A stretch of DNA of 64,000 nucleotides. Source: Octopus vulgaris (Eukaryota). Below, piece after piece: positions 36,762-51,194 of this stretch. A program made the position numbers and the translations under genes. The notes beneath the pieces were generated by a model. That model had not been told where the DNA came from. It saw nothing but the letters and a program-made list of their open reading frames with translations, and ran no database searches. Every line of letters begins with the position of its first letter. The first letter of the stretch is position 1. The DNA lies in NCBI GenBank assembly GCA_951406725.2, contig OX597843.1, forward strand, positions 21,018,001 through 21,082,000. The letters are read 5' to 3'.

Positions 36762-39700
36762 GTGGCGAAGAGTTCTTCGAAGTTTGCGTTGGATGTTTAA
36801 ATTTGTTTGGGATGGGTATGAAACCAAAGAAAAATCGTTTAAGATAGAAGGCTTAATGGCATCTGTGGTGCAGTTGCAACAGCAACAATAGTAACAACAA
36901 GAGCAACTATAAAAGCAACAACAACAAAACCAATAGTTGCTGGAATTAATGTTAAAGTAGTCTAAAAAATACTTCAGGTGTGAACTTGCCAGACAGCGTA
37001 GCAATCTCTATTGAAGTAGTATAATCCAGAGGAAGGGATTACCTTCTCTGAATATTTTCCAAGATACGAAGAAATTCTCAAAGAAGAATTTAAAAATTGA
37101 TCTGAGAGGAAAAATATTACGACTACTTGTAAGAAAGGTATCCCTTGCCGAATACAAAAAATATAGTAATTATATTCTGCCGAAAGAGTCAGGTAAGATT
37201 TGTTACAATAAAAACTATTAACATTTTATCAAATGATTTAGAACTGGACGAAAAGTAACTCTTCAAACAGAAGCAGAAGAAAGTCAGGGAAGACGACGCA
37301 GAAAAAGAAATGAAGAAAAAAAACGATGCACAAAACGAAATTGAAGAAAAAGATTGCTCTCATATTCCAGTGTCTCCACCGTCACGGATGAGAAATAAAA
37401 GAAACAAATGTGAAGATCGAATCCATGTTGTGGGTGCGGTGGTCAACATTTAAAAAGTAATTGTCCGTTTCAAAATATTAAAGGCGTCAAATGGGTAAGA
37501 GAGATCATAAAACAATAAACTATAGAACAAACCTGGAAGACCAAAAGACGAACAGCCTCAAGGGAAATTTGTGGACGTAAAGTTGCAACTAGATAAGGGC
37601 AGTGATATCTCGATAATTAACACAGATAAATAGAAAAGAAACAGAAGACCTAGATTAAAAGACATTTCGAAAATTGCAGGTGGTATTTCAGGAAAATAAT
37701 TACGTTTTAATGGCGTAATGATAAATCACGTTCCATTTCGTGGAAAAACCTTAGAAACCAAAGATTTTGTGTTGAATAATATCCCAAACTTATTCGGAAC
37801 ACTGAATAGAATGGTTTACCTTATGGGAACTCCCCATAAATCTTTTCAGTAAAAATGTGAATGATTTTCTTGCCAATACAAGTGAATCGTCGGACGATTT
37901 GTAAAAATAAATTTAAAAGATTTTTCCTGAAGTTCTCTCTGATAAATTAGATCTCAGCATCAAAACGAAGACGAAGTTCCAAGTAAAAGTAAATGCCAAA
38001 CCTGTATTTAAATATAAACGAACTGTAACTTTTGCATCGTTGGAACATATATGCTTTTGCATCGTTAGAAACAAATAAACAAAATCAGAGGGTATGCTGA
38101 TTTTTTCCACTGGTTTAAATGAGTGACTTAAAACGTTCCACTATCCGCTACCTACCCTGGGGGATATATTTGCAAAATTAGACGGTGGCAAGATATTTTC
38201 TTAATTGGATCTCTCTGAGGCGTACCTACATATTAGAGTAGACGTGAATGCTATAAGTACCTAAACATTAACGCACATATATATATACAACAGGTTACTG
38301 TCTGCCCTTACGTCACGCCGGCGATTTTTCAACATCTTATGGATGCAGTGTTAGCGGATAGTGAATTTGCATTTTCATATCCGGATGATATACTCATTAA
38401 AAGCGAATCACGGGATCAACATGTAGAGCACATAATATATATGTTCGAAACAATTAGGGATTACATTGAAAAAGAAAGCGTGAATTTTCTTCTTAACGAA
38501 AATAAAATTGGACAAACAATTGAAAGAAATGGACGAGGACCAGATCCGTTGAAGGCAGAGGCAATTAAATACATGACACCTCCGACAAGTATAACGAATC
38601 ACATGATTGCTTTGGAGACAGGCAAATTATGACCAAAATTATATTCTAAATATGCATAGGATAAGCGTTACAGTAGATTATGTATTTAAAAAATGGCAAT
38701 TGAAATTGCTCTGAAAATTGTCAAAAGGAATTCGGCGAAATTTTAAGATATTAACATCTGATTTGTTGTTAGCACGCTTCGATCCTGTAGTGGAGAAATT
38801 TGTAACTTCAGATGCCTCTGAATACTGTATCGGCCAGTAGTGCTACATAAATAAAAAATATGGTAACATGAAGGCGGTGGTTCATGATATCAGCAGAAAA
38901 TATTACAGCCAAATCAAAAAAGAGGCTCTTGTAATTATTTTTGCAGTAAAAAATTTCGTAGATTTTACACAGCAGAAGTTTTTGAATACAGACAGATCAT
39001 CGTCCGTTATTATCAGTATACGAGTAAAAGAAATAAATATCTAGCCGTACAGCTAATAGGCTGCAACCCTGGGGTACTGTATTATTAAACTATGAATTTA
39101 AGATAGAGTATATACTATCTAAAACATTAGGACCCGCTAAATGTTTATCAAGACCGATTTCAGAAAATGCTGAAGCATTTGAAGATACCGTGATTGCTAA
39201 TTTGCGAGCGGAAAATGAAATTAAAATCAAACTGTATAACTCCATGCGTGACCTGCTATTTACGTTAAAGGACATAAAATTACAATTGGGAAACGATATA
39301 TTCATTACAAAATGAAACAAATGCAGAAGTATGAAAGGGATGAAAAATGTTCGAGCCTATCACAAGGTGTGACAATGTGCTGATGTATGCACAAAGAGTC
39401 GTAGTGCCAGCCACACTACAAAAGCAATTACTAAAGGAATTTCATATTGAGTCAAAGGGATTTCGATAATGAAATCGTTAATGAGAAGTTAGGTATACTG
39501 GCCAACAACGGACTGTAACGTTGAAGATATAGTGATAGTATGCAATACGCTGTTCTCTAGCTCCAAATACACCCGTCACGAAATGGCACCCGTGGCCAAA
39601 ATCACTTAAGGTTTCATATCACTTCATTGTGGGGGAGTGTTTTTCAACGTGGTCGGAAGTGCATTAATATAGAGAGCCGACATCTCTGGTTACAGTGATA

Positions 39701-40165
39701 TTCGATCTTTGTCAGAAAAATCAGATCCATCTTTGATCAGCCGATACCGAGTGAAAATATAAAAAAAGGAACAATATTTCAAAATTCTTCAAGTTATGTG
39801 ACAATGTTTTTTAAAGACCTATAGATATAGTAAAGAAGGCTGGGAGGATGGTACAATTATTAAGTAAATTACAAGAATGATATTCCTGGTAAAAGGTAAA
39901 ACAAATATCGAACATAAAAGACTTATTAACCAACTCAAAACCTGATTCAAGGAAAAATCAGACAAAAGAAGTGAAATTCTCATGAAAAAATTGCACGACA
40001 CGTTTGAGGTACCAACACAGAAACAATTTGTAATTACACGTTCTTGCACCAGAAAACGAAACGAATGGAAACACAAGAATTGAGCCCTAAGCATAAGAGA
40101 TATTAAAACTCTGAGCGACTTTAATTCTCAAGTGGAGAATTTAGGGGAGACTAATTTAGGGGAGA

Positions 40166-40390
40166 TGCTGTGGAAAGATTCTGACAACCTTCCAAGTGAC
40201 TAAAAGTGGTCTGACACATTTCCATTACATGGAGAACTGTCTAGTCGTAAGCAATTGATTGTGAACAATTGTTAGGTAAGCATTTTCCTATGATCCGTTG
40301 GCAGAGAGCGTCGAGTCTCACGTAATAGTAATCGTATTGCGTCGTGTAAATAGCTTCGTTAAATTATATATCCAATACCAGGATATAGAA
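40166..40390 (+). repeat. 3' LTR
   Basis: Starts tgctgtggaaag directly after the polypurine tract; visibly diverged from the 5' LTR. Confidence 0.8.
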
Positions 40391-42270
40391 CGTATTCAGG
40401 GCCAAACTTAGCACAACACTACGAACTGTCAATGGTCACCTGCAGTACAGTCAGTTGTATATTATTAATACATCACAGAGTGGAAGCAAGTCAGAACTCC
40501 CAAAGCTCTTCTCAAAGAATGGGTGTCATGTGCAACAAGTAAATCCTTATGCTGAGTTATATGGGAACATGCACTTAATTGAACAACAAGAGATTGGAAG
40601 TGCCAGGAGTGAAAATTTACAATTACGAAAGTGTGAAATACATTTCAAAAGAACGGGATATATAAGGCGCTACAATTTTTCCCCTAGCAATGAAATAGCT
40701 GCAAATTGAAAACCCTAATTGCCATGAGAGAGAAAATAATCTGCGGCGAAATAAGACTTTTGAAAACCGATATATCATTGGATTTCTGAAGGATATGGTG
40801 GACAGACATGTATTTGATGTAAGAGTAACTCATGTCCGTGTCATCGAGTTTCAAAAGAGAGGACTTCCACACTCCCATATGCTCGTAGACAAAGTGAAGA
40901 TCAGAGATGATATAGACAGAATGGTACCAGCAGAAATCTCTGATTCAAATGATGACCCCGTCTTATATGATTTAAGTTTTAAAAATTCATGAGACTTGGA
41001 CCTTGTGTTGTTTATAACCCCTCATCGCAATACATGTGGAATGGCTCTTGCCAAACAAAGTTTCCCAAGAACAACAGAAATGAGACACTACTAAATATTA
41101 ATGGATATCCAGAGTACAGGAGGCACAATAAAGGGATCACATCACGAGTTGGATGCCATTCTTTTAACAACTGGTATGTCGTTCCATACTATGCTTACCT
41201 ATTAAAGAAATTCCGAGCTCATATTAACGTTGAAGTTTGCTCATCTGTAAAAATGTCAAGTATATATGCGAGTATGTCTAAAACGGTCGTGATAGCGCTT
41301 CGGTTGAAGTAAGGAATGATGCAGTTGCAGAAGGTGGACAGACTCAGCAACCCCAAGGCTAAATCAGAAATTATTTTGCGTGTTGATATGTTTCACCTTC
41401 TGAAGCCATGTGGAGAATGCCTACGTAGAAGCTGCATGACTCGTCCCACACTGTCTACAATTTAGCAGTTCACTTTGAAGACCAGCGGAGACTGAGCTTT
41501 CACAGAGGTAGCACTTTGCAACCTGCTCAAGAACAGAGAGATCGTGACAATACTCTCACTGCATGGTTCAAACTGAATGAGCACGATTAACGGAAGTACT
41601 TGTACCCTAACATTCCTATGCGTTATGTGTTTAATGAACGTACAAAAACCATGAACACTCAGGAGAAAAATCAATACCATCGGCTGCAGAATGAACACAG
41701 TGAGTCCTAAGGACGTAAAAAAAATTTCATTTACGATTGCTATTTTGGATGTTCCAGGTGCTGAGCGCTTTGAGAAGTGAGCACTGTAGGAGGTGAAATC
41801 TATGCAACATTTAAAGATGCGTACATATGAGTTGGTCTCCTCCAAAATGATGAGGGTTTGGAGCATACTATACTTGAAGCTGCTGCGTATCGGATGCCAT
41901 TTCAGTTGCGTATTACGTTTGCTGTCCTCTGAAACTATGCAAATCCTTGCAATGTTCTTCGCCTCTGGAATACTGACAAGAATTCTATGATGGAAGATTA
42001 TGCTCAGCGAGGGCTGAATGCAGACTCTACACTTCATAAATTCTGTGTTAATTGAAAATGGCATTAGCTGGTTTAATATTAGCTTGCTTGAACCAATTGG
42101 AATGTAACGGGTTGAGCAGAAAAATGACGTGAAGCACCCACTCATTGCAACCCTTACCAACGAGAAGAAAGGGATCGCCGACGCAGTCATTAAAGACAGT
42201 TGGTAAGAAAAGGTTGAGGTGAGATGCTGGAATCTTTCTATTTCTCTGCTGATTTTCCCGGAGGCTGTAA
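40391..42270 (+). pseudogene. Helitron Rep remnant (right of Gypsy insertion)
   Basis: RIQGQ, SNEIAA, VIEFQKRGLPHSHML, GPC..NP....C.TKFPK, VVPY..YLLKKFRAHINVEVCSSVK; DNA homology to 3720-4600. Confidence 0.88.
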
Positions 42271-42509
42271 CTTCATAAATTCCAATCCAATCCGTACACT
42301 TCTGTAAATTTCTTATTTACTTTTGCAACGTTTTGTGTTTTGTGTTTGTTGTTGTTGAAGGAATTACTGATAAATGTAAGTTCATAATTTACTGCCAGGA
42401 GTAACTTCAAACACTTCACTTAAACCCGCGCACATAATTAATTTCCCTAAAAATTTCTTATTTACCACATTTGTTTTCAAGTAACCCTCTGTTTTAAATT
42501 TCCGGTTTC

Positions 42510-44165
42510 ATAGGATTATGCTTCGTCATTCATACGTACCATCCTTGCTACATTCACCCATCTTTCTTAAAACATTCGCTAGACAAAACTTGCCTCTCTG
42601 CTCTCACTTTTTTTTCAAGTGATACTTGAAGAGATGATACAAGAAGATGTTGAGAGATTGACCAGAGAGGAAAGTGTTTGTCTCCAATCCTTTCATACGC
42701 GTCCACCAGATACATTATTTCGCCATATGATGAAAATAGCTCTTCCTTTCTGCTTGAAAGAAAGAGGCGTGACAATATTGACGATAGACTCGGCTGTTTA
42801 ACCGACTCGTCCCACACGTGACAGAAGTTGTTCGATATAAGCCCACAGTTCGGAAATGTTTGGACACTGCACGAGTGCGTGCAGAACTGTTTCGTCATTC
42901 TGACCGCATCTCGGGCAGGTCGGCCCCGTGTTCATCGAGCCGTGTCTGTAGAGCTTGTCCCGAAGGAGTAGCGCTTCTCGGTAGCACTGCGAGGTAAAGG
43001 ATCTCTGGATGCTGTGAATGGGCGCTGGCCCGAAAGTCGTCCTGAACAGGCGGGTCAGATATTCCTCGTCGACGTCCAGGTTCGCCCCGAGCTCGTCGTC
43101 GCACCTCCCCTCCACTAATCCCCTATAGAATACTTTGGTTGTGTTGATGTCACTCATGGTCGACCCGGGACGGCAGAGTTGCTTGACAGCAACGGGACAC
43201 TCGCGGTACCATTTGCCCCTTCTCGGCCTCTTTTTGATCCACGGCTGCAGTTCGGTCATGGAGATGAGTTCACACCTGTTCACCGTCGTCTACGTAGAGC
43301 CTGAGATTTCGCAGTCTCAGCGCGTGTCTGCGCATCATAAAAAAAGGCATGGCCAGTCCTCCCCTTTAACGGGTGTTGACAGCAAATGGATCGCCTGACC
43401 ATCGGGACGCATCCTTTCCTCAAGACGCGAAAGAGAATGCGTTCTAGTTTGGTGCTGGTAGGGTCGGGACAAGGCACGACGGTCAGGTGGTAGTAGATGA
43501 CGTACGCGATGTACGAGTTCGCCACCTCCGCCCGACATTTTAGGGACAGTTTCTCTCGGCCCATTGCCGGGCGAGAGTGGCCACCCTGCTCATTATCTCG
43601 TTCCACTTTTTCTCCATTTGGAGGTCTCGCCCAAACCAGACCCCGAGAAACTCGACCGGACCGTCGGTCCAGCGTCCCACGACGGAGGCGCTGGTGGACT
43701 GCATGGGCTTGCTTCTCCAGGTGCCGAGTCGCAAGCCCACTGATTTATCCCGGTTGACTTTTGCTCCTGTCACCGCTACGTAGTATTTGAGTGTCTCGCC
43801 GACATGCTCGATGTGCTCGTGGCTAGACACTATGACGGTGTCGTCGTCCGCGTATGCCGACACGCTCGTCATGAATCCCAATTCTCGTGGGATGACCCTC
43901 ATAGTTGGCAGCTTCCGTAAAAAATGGCTCGAGAGTCAATGCGTTCAGAAGCGACGAGAGGAGGCATCCCTGACGGACATAACGTGCAATGTCTAAAGGT
44001 TTCTATAGAAGTACTGTACGGATGCCTGTGTACAAAGCGGCTATCCAGCCGCGGAAGACGGGACCGAATCCAGCCGCTCTGAGGACAGCTTCCAAGTATC
44101 GATGGTCTACCCAATCGAAAGCTTTCGATTGATCCAAATTGATCTGCACTCCACCCGTGCCAGAT
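42510..44165 (-). mobile_element. 5'-truncated Tx1/L1-clade LINE (RT and C-terminal zinc finger), degenerate
   Basis: Minus strand: NLDQSKAFDWVDH, SAYADDDTV, VTGAKVNRDKSVGLRLG, CPRCGQNDETVLHALVQCP. Confidence 0.85.
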
Positions 44166-44189
44166 TCCTTAACTACTAGTAGTAGGAGG

Positions 44190-44320
44190 AAAGAGTGAGA
44201 GAATGTGGTGGAGCTGAGGAGTTCCGCTCATAAACTAACATCGCATAATCTGAAATTCGAAACCGCGGTCCCTCCAGCGCGAGTCTGCTGCTCTAACCAC
44301 TAGAACTTCTGCCTCCACAT
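44190..44320 (-). mobile_element. tRNA-derived SINE fragment
   Basis: Reverse complement reads ggaggc..ctagtggttagagcagcagactcgcg..ggtttcgaat, similar to the head at 3360. Confidence 0.65.
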
Positions 44321-46414
44321 ATATATGCTCATGTGCCTCCATATATATATATATATGTACACGATGTTGGACCCGGCTTTACTCGTGTTTTCCGCGTGGA
44401 AGTTAAGCCCACCTCTGACCTTGTATCGAAATCTTCTACATTCCCTCTACCAACTGTTACCAATTAAGATGTTATATCTGATTCGGCAGCCATTTTACCC
44501 GCTTAACGCTTTCGACATACTCCTACATACTGGACAGTCTGGGTGTACTTTTGGGTGTACTTCGACACATTGAGAGTGATGTCTGTTTATTTCTCCCCCC
44601 TGAATGTCATTCTTGGTACAAAATTAAGCAGTGTGTCCAATCTGAGTAAAATCTAAAGAAAAGTGGTAAGGTTGTGTCATAAAATAGAATCCATGTGACC
44701 AGTTACATGAAAATATTCCATTGACATTTTAATCTCAATACGTTATATAAATAACCGACGTTTTATATGTCAAAGTGCTTAATTTTACACACTGTTCAAT
44801 TTTCTTCAAAATCAGTTCATTATTTTATTGTGAATAATTTTGACGATTTCTGCCTTTCATCATTTTAATTTTAATTCTACTACATGACTCAGGCCTTAAA
44901 CTTTACCTAAAAGTCGAAGTTCATCAAAATCGGATGAATTGTGTAAAAGTTACAGCATAAAATACTAATCCTATGGGTGATTGCATACAATAAGCCGATT
45001 GATATTTTTAAACGCAGTTATCGATTTTTTGTCAACTCTTCATCTGGTATCAACTAATGGACATGAGCTGTAATCACGTGTAAAATTTCTACAAAATCGT
45101 TAAGAATGTCTGTAAGGAAATGCTTATGTACATTTATGCCCTTTTCAAGCTCTTTTGAATTAAATAAATACATGTCCCGTATCCCCCACCAAACATTTAC
45201 CTACACTTCGTATTTCATTAAAAGCGGATGAAAAATATGTAATTTACGGCCAAAAATAAAACCCCTATGGGTATTTGCACGCAAAACGTCTATTGATTCT
45301 ATAAAACCACTGCTCCGGCGCAATTACCAATTTTTCTCTCAACGTCATATACTGAAATCAACTCACTGCCATGAGCCTTGCTCACTCATCGACTTTCATT
45401 AAAGTTGGACAAAAAATGCAAAAGCTGCTGGGAAAATAACATCGTTATGGGAATATTCGAGGTTAATGAACAAAATTTTAAAATGTCGCCATTGTTTTCA
45501 AATTAGGTTTCACATTTTGTTTGAAAAAATGTGTGGATTACAATGCTGATCACCGATTTCCAAAATTTTTCTGTTAAAACTTTTGTTAATGCCTCGTTAA
45601 AAAGCATTGGCCAAAATCGGTACCGCTTGGGATTGGGGATTTGAAAAAAATGAAAACACATTCAAACAATTTTAAAAGACCTTCCTGCCATCATTTCAAG
45701 CGTTGCGGTGAAAAAAAATTGAAAATCTTCACCAGAGCGAGTGCAGGAGTGGCTCTGTGGTAAATAGCTCGCTTACCTCATTGAGCATGTGCGAATCAGA
45801 GTTGTGTTTGATACTGAAACTATAAAGACGTGTTTTTGAAGCCGTCTTAAATTGAAGATTTTTGAAACTCAGCTGTACAGTAAGACTTTTTTGGGGGTCT
45901 AGTCGGGGCATGTTGTCTACCGCAATTATTTTTTGCAAACAAGAAGTCCTCACTGGATTCTAGTCTACCTGTAGCTGAGCGGATATTTTTTCAATTAACT
46001 GTGAAAATTATTGTTTTGTGGGCGTATCCTGCAGCAAAATTTTGTTTGAGATTCGTGTTTGTCCAGGAATAACTCTGGGAATTTTTAGAAAAGATTTCAA
46101 CAATATTGTTCCTGTTAAGGATTACCTATGAGAAGAAAATTGGAATGATTTGCGTTAAAATTTTGACCTGGAGTACCAAGTGTCCTTTACTGTGCTTTGA
46201 ACTGCTGCTCTGTCTTCAACCCTCTTTTATTTAAAAAAAAGACTCTTTATTGAACTGTTAATTTTTTCTCCTTCCTTTTTGTTTAGACTTTTTCTCTTCC
46301 TTCTTTATCCTTAATTATTTTGTATTTTATGAAGTGTTTTTTGGACTTTTTTAAAAAGAAACATGGCAAAGAACAATGGAAAGTAGGTGGAGTGGGAATT
46401 TATACCACCCAAAA

Positions 46415-47698
46415 GATGATTAAAAGAACTTGAAAGTAAGACGGTGGTTTTGAGGACCAACTCTAGGATCCTCGACTCCATTGCCGTTTTCAAAAAATAG
46501 AATCCAAAGAGAGATGGCAGAATTTCTGCCATCTCTCTTTGGATTCTATTTTTGAAAACGGCAATGGAGTCGAGGATCCTAGAGTTGGTCCTCAAAACCA
46601 CCGTCTTACTTTCAAGTTCTTTTAATCAGCTTATCACTCGGAGGGTCAAATATGCAACCGTGTGGTACTATTTTACTTCCCAGAAGTGGATTGTGATTTT
46701 GCGTGCCAGCTCCTGGAAGGCAATGAAATTTTGTTTCTTCCCACTTATTGTGGGAAGAAGTTGACGAGGGCTTGGGTTTGCGGCTTTCTACCCGGTGCTG
46801 AGCCCGAGTGGATAGGAGATACTATCCGCCGGGGTCTGGGTGGCAGTAGCACCAAGCTCTTCAATGCAAATATTCTGCCTGCGGCTTACTGGGAGGTGTC
46901 AAAAGCTGTTTTGACCCTCTGGACCAAGTCAGCCGAAAGTCTGGTATTTCCAGACTTTTTGAGAATTGGCTGGTCGAAGTAACCGGTGATGCTTGAGGGA
47001 GCCCCCCTCCAAGTGTAATCGGTGCCTGGAGACTCGCCATATAAAAAAGAACTGTCCTCAACGGCAAAGCAAAATCCTGGAGCGGTTAACGGAGACCTCT
47101 GTAGAAGAAGGAATGCAGGCGGCCGAAGAGACAGAGGATGACTCAAAGAAGAGCCGCAAAAGGAAGAAGGTGAGTAATAATGGGTGCTCACCGAAGGATT
47201 CTGGGAATGCGGGAGGAGAGGCACATGTTCCGGTCACGGACGAGATGCACCCTCCCCCAGTCAAGAAGTAAAAAGAGGATAAAGGAGAAACGGGATATCC
47301 CTGACAGTCGGAGACATGAAGCCTCATCGGTCTGGGTCGTGCCACTGGCGGGGCGGCGTGGGTAGACACACTTGGTAAGAATTGTTCCGCCAATGGTAGG
47401 ATTGACTACCTCGGACCCGCAGGAGGAAGAACTGCTGTACTTCTGTTATAGAGGGGGAGTGGTGGAAAAGGTGGTGGTAGAACACTACAAGGGAGTACCT
47501 TTGGCCTTCGCACGGTAACCCGAATGGCCTCCGCAGATGGCTGTGGAGTTCATAACGTTGCGCATATTTCATAGGCTGGGTGGACTAAAAGAGGAATATC
47601 ACTCGTGGCCGGGTGACGCCAACTCGGAGCATACCTTAATTTTAAAGCTAGCATGGGCGATGCTGGAGTACACGTACACAAGCGATGAAGACGATTGA
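46415..47698 (+). pseudogene. Duplicate of the CCHC ORF1/gag-like relic
   Basis: KCNRCLETRHIKKNCPQ; homologous to 1935-3129. Confidence 0.65.
46417..46628. repeat. Near-perfect ~212-bp palindrome
   Basis: Arms 46417-46522 and 46524-46628, 1-nt centre, one homopolymer-length difference. Confidence 0.95.
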
Positions 47699-47904
47699 CA
47701 AGAGGTTGAAAAGCCTCAGTGTTATAATGTGTAAGAATTTAAGAGATAAAAACGGAAGCTAAGAGAAATGGTGGTAGTGGTTGTGGGTGTGGTGGTAGTA
47801 AGTATTTTAAATCCCCTATCACTTAACGCATGATCAGAAATGCAATTCCATGAATTATTCACACTTATATACAGTGTCATATGTACGGCGTATATATATT
47901 TTAC

Positions 47905-47948
<44 letters not shown>

Positions 47949-47949
<1 letters not shown>

Positions 47950-48235
47950 GAGGTGCAATGGCCTAGTGGTTAGGGCAGCGGAGTTGCGGTCGTAGGGTCG
48001 CGGTTTCGATTGCTTCTGAGTGTATATTGAGCGAAAACACCTAAAAGCACATCGAGGCTCTGGCAGGGGGTGGTGATCCCTGCTGTACTCTTTCACCACT
48101 CTTTCTCCCACTCTTTCTTCTGTTGACCTGCTCGCTTATCCAGCGGGGTGGCGTCATTTGAAGGCTAAAACAATGCGAACACATTGTGACCAGTGATGTG
48201 TAGCAACATCTGATGGTCTGGTCGGTCACATGATA
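47949..48235 (+). mobile_element. tRNA-derived SINE (duplicate of 3360-3645)
   Basis: Same A/B boxes and body. Confidence 0.8.
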
Positions 48236-48299
48236 ATGATGATGGTGATGATGATATATATATATATATATTATAATGAAAGTACCAGGAGTGTAAATG

Positions 48300-50893
48300 T
48301 ACAATTGCAAAAGTGTGAACTACACTTCAGAAGAAGGGATTATATAAGGGGTTACACTTTTTCCACAAGCAATGAAATAGCTGCACCGTGAAAACAGAGA
48401 CATTCTTGTCTATCCATGGAATACACCTGCAGAGCGAATCGCGTAGACATTGTGCCATCTAGTCTCAATGAGTTATCCACTTCTATTCCCTCATGGAATG
48501 TCCGGATGGCACTGTGGGATTCTATATGTGGCGAAACGCAGAACATTCGCTCGCAGACGACACACGATGTAATTTAGGGTTGCTGATTGCAGTAACTTGG
48601 GGACCATCAGGCCCAGTTGCCCGTAGAGCAGTACAGTGGACTTATGGACTACCTGCAGAGAGGAGCTTTGAAGAAGTGAACACTGTAGGAGGTGAAAACT
48701 ATGCAAGATTTAAAGATGCGTACATATGACTTGGTCTTCTCCAAAATTATGTGATGTTGGAACATGCCATACTAAAGGTGCTGCATATCGGATGGCATTT
48801 CGGCCGCGTCTCACGTTTGTTGTCCTTTGCACCTATTCAAATCCTTCAAATGTTCTTCGCCTGAGGAACACTCACAAGAATACCATGATGGTAGATTATG
48901 CTCAGCGAGGTTTGAATGCATACTCTACACTCTATAAATTCTATGCATATTGAAAATTGCATTAGCTGCCTTAATGTTGGCTTGTCTGAACCAGTTCTAG
49001 TGTAACGGGTAGGGCATAAACATGACATGAACCACCCCGGCATTGCAACGGTTACCGATGAACAGAGAGTGATCGCTGATGCAGTCATCGAAGACAGTTG
49101 ATAAGAAAATGTGAGGTGAGGTGCTGGAATGTTCCTGCTTCTATGCAGAGGTTCCTGGAGGTTGAGACAAGACTTACATATTTAATACGCTGATCTCACA
49201 TCTACGAAGGAGAAACTATCAAGTGGTGCGTGCAGAGGCATAGCTTCAACATTGCTGTCTGGTTGAAGGACGGTGCACAGTTTGCGCAAATTGCCCGTTC
49301 CTCTGTTGGAAACTAGCTTTTGCAGTGTACCACCCATCTCTGACCAGATATTATTTGAGAAATTTGTATTTGATTATTATAGATCAGGCTTCCAAGATCC
49401 CTCTGTATGCTTTTCATGCTAGTGACAAAGCTCTGAAAGAAATCACTGGCAACAATGAAGGTTACGGTTGAAAAGTTGTGCTCATTGGTAGAGACTTCAG
49501 GCAAGTTCTGCCAATATTGCCAAGAGGAACTCGTGAGGCAGTAATTCAGATCTCCATTAAGAACTTTCCTCTCTGGTTACACTTCAGACATTTATATGTT
49601 GAGCCAAAATAGAGCAATAACAGATCGAAGACAATTTGCAGCATGGCCACTACACTTTGACTATGGCACCACAACTCTTATGCAAGATCCAAGTGAGTTA
49701 GTGATGATAGAAACGAGCTACGTGATTTATGCTTTAATGGGTCGCTGATAAATGATGCTTTTTGGCAATGCCCCTCAAGAACAAAGAACAAGTAGAGCGA
49801 TCCTCTCACCAAAAAGTTCAGACTGCTTAAAGATAAACGAAGGGGTTATGGATAAACTCCCAGAGGACCAGTGCTTTTAATACAGCATGGATAAGGTCTT
49901 TACAGATGACCTGCTGAAGCTGAGCGATATGCCCGGAGATTTCTGATTTCATGGACACCATCTGGAATGCCACCTCCTAGACTGCATTTGAAGCCTGACT
50001 CCATAATAATGCTCCTGAGGAATATTTCAATTGAAAATTGTCTCTATAACGGAACAAGACTGAAAGGGGAAGCCCTCCATCAAGACTCCATTGAAGCCTC
50101 AATAATAAGTGGCACATTGATCGGGAGACGTATTCTCATTCATAGAATAAGGCTGGCACTGAGACGCCAAATCCCGTTCGCTTGACAATTGCAATGACTA
50201 TCAATAAATCACATGGGCAGACATTTGATAAACTGGAGCGATCCTTGCCTGAACCTGCGTATTAATGGTCAGTTATATGTTGTTTCCCAAGGGCTCACAA
50301 ACATTATCTGATATAAAGTTAAAGTTATCAACACTGACAAACAAGAGAAAAGAAGAGGGAGAAGTTACGCGAACAACACAATCTGTAACGAAGTATTGGA
50401 TTGAAAGGTGTACGCAAATTGAAATATATATAAGCTCTGATGCACCGCCTTTCTTATGAACTACCAACGATGTGGCTTTCAGACGATGCCATGTTGCATT
50501 AAATTTTCAACCCTATGTTTTACCTGTAAAATCATTTTTTAACTATAATATTTTTGTCTTCTTGATATGAATGTGTAGCCATGTAAATTTTAAAATGCAA
50601 TTTTTTTCTCTCCATGGGGTAAATGGAAAAAAATTATTAAATAATTATTTCATGATTGCTGTGTATTAAGTCTATAACATCGTACATGAAGTATATAAAG
50701 TACATATATAAAGTGCATTAAGTAATCATCGTATTTCAGTTTCCTTCAATTTTCTTTGAATAGCAGATGAGAAACATTCTTTTCATACACACACAACACA
50801 GTCTACGCTTTCAGATTTTTTGGATAAATTTTTCAGGAGTCACCGAAAAGTTTTATTATTAATTCCGTGGAATATTCATGGATCCCGCTACCG
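48300..50893 (+). mobile_element. Decayed Helitron (duplicate of 3720-6305)
   Basis: MPPPRLHLKPDSIIMLLRNISIENCLYNGTRL, AMTINKSHGQ and other helicase motifs. Confidence 0.85.
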
Positions 50894-51194
50894 AAATAAT
50901 AAATGCTGAGTATTAAGAATCAGATAAAGTGAGAAAAGCGGACAATGAGAGAGAAGGGTGAGACGATGATGACAATCAATATTATGATCATGATGATGAT
51001 GACGAAGATGATGATGATGATGATGACAGCGATAATGTTGATCATAAATACGATGTTGAAGGTTGTTATGAGGATGAGGATGAATATGACGAGAAAGCGG
51101 ATGAGAATGTTGATATTGATATTATCCCTGAATATTCTAACAATTCAGATGAAAAAGAAGAGGAGGAGAACAATAGGATGAAGATGAAATGAAG

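Larger units (their letters stand above)
36549..40390 (+). mobile_element. Decayed Ty3/Gypsy LTR retrotransposon
   Basis: Two homologous LTRs, PBS-like tggcgaagag, PPT ttaggggaga; gag knuckle CCGCGGQHLKSNC, protease LDKGSDISII, RT LDLSEAY and YPDDILI, RNase H SDASEY / YSQIKKEAL / TDHRPL, integrase zinc-finger remnant. Confidence 0.9.
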
